Assembly: GCA_012026655.1 (NCBI GenBank)
Contig: JAAILG010000114.1
Coordinates: forward strand, 62,001-126,000
Origin: Hydrolagus affinis
Lineage: Eukaryota
DNA: 64,000 nt
Direction: 5' to 3'
Both the position numbers and the translations under genes were made by a program. Of the stretch, positions 41,891-64,000 are shown piece by piece. The notes under the pieces are model-generated. The model was not told where the DNA came from, searched no databases, and saw only the letters and a program-made list of their open reading frames with translations. Every line of letters begins with the position of its first letter. Position 1 is the first letter of the stretch.

Positions 41891-41947
41891 TCCCACTCCC
41901 CTCTATTCCTCTCGTTCATCCACTAGTTTCTCACCCGCTAACCTACG
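41830..41947 (+). other. CCNB2: CCNB2 exon 1 (apparently non-coding; 5' boundary approximate)
   Basis: Lies just downstream of the CHR, has a consensus donor ACG|gtaagt at 41947/41948 and contains no ATG. Confidence 0.65.
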
Positions 41948-42879
41948 GTAAGTGTCTTTCATTCGTTTATTTATTTATCTGCCTGGTTCGGACTCTGTGA
42001 GTGTGTGATGTGTTTGCTCATAAAGTCGAGATTTTATTTTCAAGCAATATGAATCGACCTTCGTAATTCATTCGCCTCTGAAACACAGGTAGGTTTTTGT
42101 CTGTGTGTGTGTTGTGCCCAGAGTAAGCGTCGATATATTCTACCCCCACCCCCCCCCCTCCCCAAACACCCCAAACACCCCAACCTGTAAATTGCAGGAC
42201 TGGAAAAATATTCGTGTCTTAGTTGTTTCCGACTGTGGGAACAACGTGGCGCTTTCATCCTCCAGGACTCCAGCGCTATTTTAACTGTGTGCACTGGGCA
42301 ATGCTGCGGTTAATTTGTTCATTTATCTCATTCATAGCAGCTGGTTAGCTTCAAATCGCTACCGTGAGCAGAAGTATGTTAAGGCAAGACCCTTGGGGAG
42401 GGGCCGGGGGGGGGGTAGAAAACACGCCATTCAAGTTCCTTCAACTTCAACAACAAAGTTACATTTATATAACGCCTTTCAAGTCGGGAGGACGTCCTTC
42501 TGATAATGTGCAAATGCATTTCCTTCTCGCTTTTTAATCTGGAAGTGAACCTGTAATGGGGAAACTTACTCACTGCGAGCAAAACCCTCTGGCTTCCGGA
42601 GAAACGTGGAGCAGACGCCATGGGGTGTCTGACTTGCCTGTCTGTCTGTTCTATAACCCAGGTGGGGAGAATAGCAATTGCAAAGCACATACACATACTT
42701 GTTGCAGTAATTAACGAGCATTTTAGTTTGAGCCAGATAACGTGGCTCAAACTAAATGCCACGATAACTGCAGCCACTGTAACTCCAGGTTAACTTCCAG
42801 CCAGGATAACTTCAGCAACCAACTGGTACCTCACTTTTGGGTAGTGTTTCTTATGTGAACCTAGCTTTGTAGTAGTCAT

Positions 42880-43060
42880 AATAATAATAATAATCCTTTC
42901 ATTTGATATAGCGCTTTTCACATCTCCGAGACGTCCCAAAGCGCTTCACAGAATATACGGGTAAAGTGAATTGACTGTATATTTGTGGGGGAAACGCGGC
43001 GGCCAATTGCGCACAACAGCGTCCCCCCACAAACAGTCGTGGATTGAAATGACCAGTTTA
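42880..43060 (-). mobile_element. Same SINE family, 3' half
   Basis: (ATA)n ccttt catttgatatagcgcttttcac...gattgaaatgacca. Confidence 0.85.
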
Positions 43061-43650
43061 CCATTGTAATGAATTCTGTCTAGGGTGCACTTGCTTTTAA
43101 ATTGTCTGTACCAGACGCAACAACAACAATTACATTTATAGAGCGCCTTTCATGTCAAGAGGACGTCCCAAGGTGCTGGATCCAATTTTGTGTGTGTGTG
43201 TATATATATATATAAAAAATATATTTTAAATTGACCTCCCTCACTTCTATTTTTCTGCCCTCTCTTTTAAGATTTTTTTTTCTTACTGAGTTCCAAAGAT
43301 GTTGGCAGTCTTGGTCGTCATTTTCACTGTGTGAGCCTCAACAAATGTTAATCACCACCACCTTTAACGGGGAGAGATGCAGAACAGCTGAATGTTGAGC
43401 CACAGAACCTGCAACTAATGGCTTCTGGAATTGGGTATTCCAAGGTTTGTGCCTCTGGCTGGAGTGTGCATTCCAGGTGCTTGGCAATTTAAAGAACATA
43501 AGAATTTCTGGTTGAAAGAAGACCAAGTCCATCCAGTTCATCTTTCAATATTCTGGCAGTAGCATGTACACTTAATGTCCCAAACTATAACTGTTACCCT
43601 ATAATATCATTTCCTAACAGAAATCTGGGTGCAGCTGGCATGCTTATTAT

Positions 43651-43978
43651 GGTAGCTCAGTGGTTAGAGCATTCGGCTTTACAATCGGTGAGACCTGTGT
43701 TCGAATCCAGGTCAGGCAGGTCAGGGCAAAACCTTGGGCAAGTTTCCTTACTCCACATGCCTAATAATTATCCCCCTTTTTTTTTATTAAAAAAAACCCA
43801 CAATAATAAAATTGGTCATTTCAATCCACAACTGTTTGTGGGGGACGCTGCTGTGTGCAATTGGCTGCCGCGTTTCACCCACAAATATACAGTCAATTCA
43901 CTTTACGGTATAATTCTGTGAAGCGCTTAGAGACGTCTAGAAGACGTATATCACGTGCAAGTATTATTACTATTATTA
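43651..43978 (+). mobile_element. Same SINE family, near full length
   Basis: GTAGCTCAGTGGTTAGAGCA...GTTCGAATCC...TATTATTAC tail. Confidence 0.88.
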
Positions 43979-44105
43979 TGGTTCTGTCGGATTTGGATAT
44001 TTCAAGCGAGGTGGGGTGGGTAAGGGGATTGGATGCCTTGTTATTTTTTGTTTTGTCAACGGGGCACCACCATAGTAATGATGTTTTCCCTCTCTGAGGC
44101 AGACT

Positions 44106-44228
44106 ATGAGGAAGATGGTGAACGTAGCAGCAAGCGAGCCACTCGGCAAGTCAACATTAATGATCCCCACGAGGAGGCCTGCTCTAGGAGAAATCAGAAA
44201 TGCTGTTGTAACCCGAGCTGTGGCACAA
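44106..44228 (+). CDS. CCNB2: CCNB2 exon 2 (destruction box; exon begins at 44103)
   Basis: ggcag|ACT ATG...[20 protein letters not shown]|gtaatg. Confidence 0.85.
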
Positions 44229-47200
44229 GTAATGTCCTTTTTTTTCTCTCTCTCTCTTTCCGCTCCCCACTCCTTTCCCACCCACCCAAAAACTTATTGC
44301 TATGTCGGGTGTGGTGGCAAATGCGATTCCTGTACTTTTGCCTTTTCTTTCCGACAGAAAAAGCCTATTGAAAACGCTGCTTCCAAACCTGTGGTGCCAA
44401 AAGCAAAGGTGTTTCCGCAAAAACAGGTGGGGAAGGCAAAGTGTTCAGTGCCACAAGTGTCAGAGCCTGTAACTAAGGTATTTGTATGTGTTGTATGTGT
44501 TGTATTCCTTATCTGAGAATATTTTTTCTCTCTATCTCCACCCCCACCCCACTTCCCCTTCTAAGGATGAATAATTTCTCACCTCTTCTCTCTTTGTGTG
44601 TGTGTTTTTTTAAAAAAAATCAAAGAAGGCTCCTATGTCTCCAGCCCCTATGGATATGCCCATGAAAGGGGACCCAGCGTTTTCCGATACCTTGCTGGGG
44701 GTGGAAAATATCGACGCCGAAGACGGCGAGAACCCTCAGATGTGCAGTGAATATATAATGGATATCTACAAGTATTTGCGACAGTTAGAGGTACGCGTAG
44801 CCTTTCCCGTCGGCAGTTTATTTGGTCGGCTAGAAACCCATCGCCAACCACGCTCGGGAGTAATCCGAACCCAACTGAGAATTCCACGCAGCCCCAGCCA
44901 ACACGTGGGGACTCGAAAGGGAGACTGTCAGAATGGCAGACGCGCTGCACTCACTGGTGGCTGAATCCCAGCTGTCGTGCGTTTAGTGACTAAAGTGGGT
45001 CAGGTGCAAAGCACTAGCTCTTGTAGCTTCGGATTGTTTGGTGCGATGTGCAGGCTAGCCTCAGTATCGCGTTGCCTTCAATGCAGCCAAACTGGTTGCA
45101 GCTTAACACGCGAAAACTTGTTTTGTTCCCAATTTTGTTTTTCTTCAGGCGCAGCAGTCAATCAAAGCCAATTACATGGCTGGCCAGGAGGTCAATGAAC
45201 GGATGCGTGCAATTCTTGTTGACTGGCTAATTCAAGTTCACTCCAGGTTCCACTTGCTTCAAGAGACTCTCTACATGGCCATAGCTATCATAGACCGTTT
45301 CCTGCAAGTAAGCTAAAGAATTCATAGGAACAGGAGTAGGCCATGCGACTCCGCAAAGCCTATTTCACCATTCTGTTTCAGATGACAGCTGATCTATAAT
45401 TCAACTCCCAATTACCCGCCTTGGCCCCATTTCCCCTGCTGCCCTCGCCTAACAAAAGTCTTAAATTTGAATGGATCTAACATCCACAGGCTTTTTGGTG
45501 GGGGGGTGGGAGAGGGTTCTAGTTTTACACTACCCTTTATTTGAAAAAATACCTCCTAATTTCGCTTGTAAATACAGTAGTCTCAAGTCTTTGCAAAGAG
45601 TAGGTGTTGGTGGAAGTTGTTTGTCACTGTCTGTACTATTGGATGAAGTTCTGGCTTTATAACAGGGTTTGCAGGGGGAAAAAATGGGTTTACGTGAGTG
45701 ATGTAGTGGATTTGTACTTGACCCCTTTTTACACTTCTGACCTGGATATGAATGCAGATATCGCTGAAGCCAGACATTTTTTTTTTTTGAGTAGTTGATA
45801 CAGTTCGACATCTGATCAACTAAATTGTCTTTCAGAGCCAGCCAGTTTCTCGCAAGAATCTGCAGCTGGTGGGTGTATCAGCTATGCTTTTGGCTTCCAA
45901 ATATGAGGAAATGTATGCACCTGCGATAGGGGACTTTGTGTACATCACAGACAATGCTTACACCAAGGCCCAGATCAGGCAAATGGAAATACTGATCCTT
46001 AAAGAGCTTGACTTCAAATTGGGTCGTCCGCTACCACTTCACTTCCTCAGGAGGGCCTCAAAAGCTGGTGATGTAAGTATGAAGAGGTCTTCTTGTGTCT
46101 TGACTATTATGGAGGGAAGGAATTGGGGGGTATGGGGGGTGGTGGGGGGGAGTTGCTTAAACAACAAATTACACTTTGCGTAGTGCACTTCACGCCGTAA
46201 ATGCATTCCGGGGAGCTGAGCGTTTAGGGTTTTTGGACCCGAGTTGGGTGGGTTCCGGAGGGTAGGGTTGGGAGGGGTGGCTGAAGGTCTTTAAACGGGT
46301 CAGGCTCCATTGACCCTGGCTTGGCTAGTTTTGAGAGTTAACTCTGAAGATTCGGTTGACTTGATTGACTGTGCTGCAGGTCGATGCTAAGAAACACACG
46401 CTTGCAAAGTACTTTATGGAGCTAACTCTTATCGACTACGAGATGGTGCACTACCATCCTTCCGAAATTGCTGCTGCTGCACTCTGCTTATCTCAAAAGG
46501 TCTTGGATCAAAGCAAATGGGTAAGTGGTGTGTAATTTGGTAATTCAGTTGTCTGGGTTTCATCTACTCTCTTCTCTCAAGTCAATCGTCCGTATACTGC
46601 TCGCACATTACAATGGACACTTGGCCGTGTTAGCCACTTGAACCAAGTGGTTGCCACAATAGTGCCAGCAGAGGGCAGCAAAGAGACAGTGGGTGGGGGG
46701 GGTTGCGAGGGGCTAAGAAGAATTTAATTGAATGCTTTTTTTTCAGCAGAGTGAGAATGTGTACGGGTGTCGCGACTGACTGTTGCACTTTTTCTGCCAA
46801 TTCAGTCCCCAGCGCTGGTGTACTACACCGACTACAGTGAGGAAGCCTTGTGCCCTATCATTCAACACATGGCAAAGAACGTGGTGAACATAAATGAAGG
46901 ACGCACAAAACATTATGTAAGTTGTATTCTTCTACTTGCGTGTTTCCTTTCTTTCTCTCTCCACATCCCCACCCCCCTCCACCCCCCCCACCTCAGTAAA
47001 TGGCACCCTGCTTCATGTTTTGCTACCCCGCCAGCGGTGAATGAACTTTCAGCCACTCTGCGTTTGCGGCTTTTGCTCTGTATCTCCACCTGCTTGTCTT
47101 TCTTTCTTTGCAAACTGCTCTTTTCCTCCCCCTCCCTTCCTTTCTCAACTCTCCCCTTCTCACTTTTTTCGTTATCCCATTTCTCCCCCCTCTGCTACCA

Positions 47201-47415
47201 TCCAACCAACCGTTACATGCCTCTGGCTCGGGCACCTGGTTTATTCTGAAGCACTTTCGTTCTTTTACCATTAAGTCAAGTAATGGTGCATTTCTCCTCC
47301 TTAGGCTATCAAGAATAAATACGCAGGTGCCAGGCTATTGAAAATCAGCATGATTCCTCAGCTGAAGACTGCGGTTATCAAACACCTGGCAGCTCCTCTG
47401 TTGAAAGCCTCTTAG
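44106..47415 (+). CDS. CCNB2: G2/mitotic-specific cyclin B2, spliced CDS of 8 coding exons, ~388 aa
   Basis: join(44106-44228,44358-44477,44626-44790,45149-45307,45836-46072,46380-46520,46806-46916,47305-47415) = 1167 nt, all phase 0. Has D-box [17 protein letters not shown] cyclin box, KYEEMYAP and [18 protein letters not shown]2 identity is supported by its position between RNF111 and MYO1E. The start codon is less certain. Confidence 0.93.
44358..44477 (+). CDS. CCNB2: CCNB2 exon 3 (Lys-rich linker)
   Basis: gacag|[15 protein letters not shown]...EPVTK|gtattt. Confidence 0.85.
44626..44790 (+). CDS. CCNB2: CCNB2 exon 4 (NAGNAG acceptor 44626/44629)
   Basis: caaag|[10 protein letters not shown]...[21 protein letters not shown]|gtacgc. 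Confidence 0.9.
45149..45307 (+). CDS. CCNB2: CCNB2 exon 5 (MRAIL helix)
   Basis: cttcag|AQQSIKANY...[36 protein letters not shown]|gtaagc. Confidence 0.96.
45318..45590 (-). mobile_element. CR1-type LINE 3' end fragment (CCNB2 intron 5)
   Basis: ataggaacaggagtaggcca... is the reverse complement of the tail seen at 5345-5378. Confidence 0.7.
45836..46072 (+). CDS. CCNB2: CCNB2 exon 6
   Basis: tttcag|[27 protein letters not shown]...RRASKAGD|gtaagt. Confidence 0.96.
46380..46520 (+). CDS. CCNB2: CCNB2 exon 7
   Basis: ctgcag|[47 protein letters not shown]|gtaagt. Confidence 0.95.
46806..46916 (+). CDS. CCNB2: CCNB2 exon 8
   Basis: ttcag|[37 protein letters not shown]|gtaagt. Confidence 0.95.
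47305..47415 (+). CDS. CCNB2: CCNB2 last coding exon
   Basis: cttag|[36 protein letters not shown]. Confidence 0.95.
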   Translation, partial: AIKNKYAGARLLKISMIPQLKTAVIKHLAAPLLKAS

Positions 47416-48054
47416 CACGATTATATAGAGAGAGAGACTCCTTGTAAAATGGACTCTTGCACTTACCAGGGAGATGATCTGCTGCTATAATGTAAATGTC
47501 AGACTTAAGATGGGTTTTTTTAATTTGAAAAACAAGACTGGGCGAAGCTTTACTGTCTTGCCACTGTGTTCACAGGTGAGTACATACTTCCCCCGGCTTA
47601 AAACAAGTTTGCCCGATAGGAATTAAATAATTATCGATACTTTTGTCTCTTGATCAACACTGACAACTGCTGACTTGGGTCGATTAAGAGTCTGTTAGTC
47701 GTCGCTAGGTGGAGCGGCTGTATGATCCCAAACTATCGGAAGGAACAAGAGATAGAAGAACTGTATCAACAACTTTTGCCGATGGAGAACCAACCCAAGA
47801 TGATTGAAAGATTTTTTTTTAGTCCAAACTTTTTTTTTGGTTAAACTGCAGTAAATGTTGTTCCCTGATTTTAATGAAGCATGACGTGATACCGCTTTAC
47901 AGACCACCTTGACCCTCGACTCCCGTGAGAAACTTGCTTTTAACACTCTTTCTCTCCCCCCAACTCCACCACCCATCCCTCACTCCATTACATGAGCTTC
48001 AATCCTTTCTAGTCTGTGGTTTGGAATTAATGTACATTTATTGATCCGTAAGAA

Positions 48055-48116
48055 TTTTTATGTTTTAGCACAAATTTAAACAATAAATTTTTTGGATCCT
48101 GCTTTTTAAAAATAAA
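48055..48116 (+). terminator. CCNB2 3' end: CPE plus tandem poly(A) hexamers
   Basis: TTTTTAT at 48055-48061; AATAAA at 48082-48087 and 48111-48116. Confidence 0.65.
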
Positions 48117-48364
48117 TAGATATATATTTATAAACGTGTGAATGCTCATGCAACAGTTGAGTTGGTCGCATCGGGATTGGTTACTAAGAATGTTTGGGAT
48201 TAGAATGGACTGTCGAAAGATTTAGGATGATGCATCTGTAAATTCAGTTTAGCTTACTTAGTCACTGAGATTGGCAATCCTCTTTGTGGCGGGTTTTTCT
48301 GGGCCTTCGCTGTGCACATTTCCGTTTGCCCCATAGAATAGTGGTTGCAATTAACAGGATATAT

Positions 48365-48658
48365 GTGGGGGTCCCGTAACCGAGTGGTTAAGAGTATTCG
48401 CCTTACGAGCGAGAGACCTGGATTCAATTCCAGGTCAGGGCGAAACCATTACTCCACACGCCTGATAATAATCCCTCAAAACAACAAAAAAAATTGGTCA
48501 TTTTCAATCCATGACTGTTTGTGACACACTGCTGTGCGCAATCGGCTGCTGCGTTTCGGTCACAATTCACTTTACAGTACTGTATATTTCTGTGAAGCGC
48601 TTTGAGACGTCTAGAAGATGTGATGAGGTGCCACATCAAATGGAAGTATTAATATTAT
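48365..48658 (+). mobile_element. Same SINE family, full length, between the CCNB2 and MYO1E 3' ends
   Basis: tRNA-like head, Deu-like core, tail. Confidence 0.85.
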
Positions 48659-48846
48659 CCTGTTGTGAAATGGACTATAACCACACATAGTTAAATGTCC
48701 ATTGCTCACTCAAACAGTGGTACTGTGATGCCTCAGTTTCTCGGCTTTCCTTTGTTCCTGACCTGCCCTGAGTGAGATATCAGTGGTGTGCTGCCCTCCC
48801 GTGGCCAGCCCATGGCACTTCATTCTGTTTTATCTATTAGAAGGGA

Positions 48847-48946
48847 NNNNNNNNNNNNNNNNNNNNNNNNNNNNNNNNNNNNNNNNNNNNNNNNNNNNNN
48901 NNNNNNNNNNNNNNNNNNNNNNNNNNNNNNNNNNNNNNNNNNNNNN
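48847..48946. other. Assembly gap (100 N)
   Basis: Run of N next to a poly-C tract. Confidence 1.
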
Positions 48947-49022
48947 CCCCCCCCCCCCCCCACCAATTAATATATTGACAAATGTAATGCTTAAAATGCC
49001 AGGGATAGTAAAAATGCACAAT

Positions 49023-49028
49023 TTTATT
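49023..49028 (-). terminator. Candidate MYO1E polyadenylation signal
   Basis: AATAAA on the minus strand ~830 nt after the stop; another at 49565-49570. Confidence 0.45.
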
Positions 49029-49860
49029 GTCCATCCAGAAATCATCCATCCTTAATGCATTATTTTCAGAGTTTTTATATACTGAATTTAAAAAAAATCA
49101 CTATTGATAAACAAATATGAAGAAAAGGGTCTTGTGTTCCCAAAACCATTTGAATAAACCTAAAACCTGCTGAGTAGTGCAGTAGATAATTGTCTTCTGA
49201 TTCCCATTTTCCTAATGTACACTAAAACCATTTGCACTACTTACATCAGAATAAGCACTTTAAAATATGGTCCAGCCACATTTGCACTTACTTAGAAGGC
49301 ACTTGTAATGTTACATTTATACAGTACTGAAGTCAAAAATGCCTTTAAACCTTTATATTGTGCATGAGTTAATTAGTTAGGATGTTTGGTGGCTTTAAAT
49401 TATTTAACCATCACTGGCGATCCTTTGGGTGTATCCTTTGTCAGTCTTTCGAGTGTGACAGCAGCAAATGTCTCTACATTTCCCCCAATTCAGAATCTAC
49501 TTCTTAAAGGGAAGGTTCACCTTGTGTCAATGCACTTAAATTTAGCATCGACTAAAACAAGCGATTTATTAAGGTGTTGCCAAACAGACACTTGGAACAG
49601 TAGGTGCCAAGTTAAACGCTTAAAGCCTACGATAGTGTATAAGCCTTAATTTCCTGGGGATGGTTATAAATATAATAAATTACATTTCCATCAGTGCTAT
49701 CACAGCAGCTGTGCAGCTCCAGCCTACGCTGGTTGTAGATTTGTGTCAAGGGCCCCAACAAAAATCCAGCCACCTCAAAAGTTTGTGTTCGTGTCTCAAA
49801 AGTGTCTCGATTTTGTTATTTGGTTTGGTCCGTGTAGTTTGGAAGATGACACAGCTCTGC

Positions 49861-63851
<13,991 letters not shown>

Positions 63852-64000
63852 CTGCAGAGAAAGGGACATTTCAAGCATTTGTAACGTAGAGCTCTGAGAC
63901 TCCATCCAGCGAGGAGGGCGCTATATAAACGCAAGTTGTTGTACTTTGGTGCCAAATTTCTCCCCGCACCTCCCCACCACCCCCCCACGCCAAGACAGAA

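Noticed and set aside
43651-43725. tRNA-like sequence with A and B boxes (also at 48365 and in minus-strand copies)
   Set aside because: SINE head: no proper acceptor stem, and it continues directly into the SINE body.
46120-46280. G-run clusters with G-quadruplex potential in CCNB2 intron 6
   Set aside because: Such G/C runs are frequent throughout the right half of the window, so there is no specific signal.
48783-49055. ORFs spanning N runs (also 20010-20277)
   Set aside because: Artefacts of translating through assembly gaps.

Overview
This is eukaryotic vertebrate genomic DNA. The repeat content points to a cartilaginous fish, probably a holocephalan such as elephant shark; that assignment is inference. 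The window holds the conserved syntenic block RNF111/Arkadia (+, 13 coding exons, 7925-36513, ~954 aa), CCNB2/cyclin B2 (+, 44106-47415, ~388 aa, with a CCAAT/CHR cell-cycle promoter) and the 3' half of MYO1E (-, 14 exons, 63851-49861). Exon boundaries were read by eye as GT-AG introns, and the reading-frame phases are consistent throughout. Introns carry tRNA-headed Deu-domain SINEs, ancient AmnSINE2-like relics, CR1/L2 fragments, Tigger-type MITEs and one Penelope-type fold-back element. I found no convincing new protein-coding system. The best leads are RNA-level. (i) Inverted MITEs bracket RNF111 exon 2, predicting a circRNA that could encode the Arkadia N-terminus alone. (ii) A Penelope-like insertion has a 14-bp TSD, a perfect 52-bp inverted repeat and a degenerate hammerhead ribozyme in sense with MYO1E. 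(iii) There is a 77-bp near-perfect palindrome in a MYO1E intron. (iv) CCNB2 exon 1 appears to be a decayed coding exon. (v) An ATG-TAA start-stop element precedes the RNF111 start. Family names and human comparisons are from memory, not from database searches.
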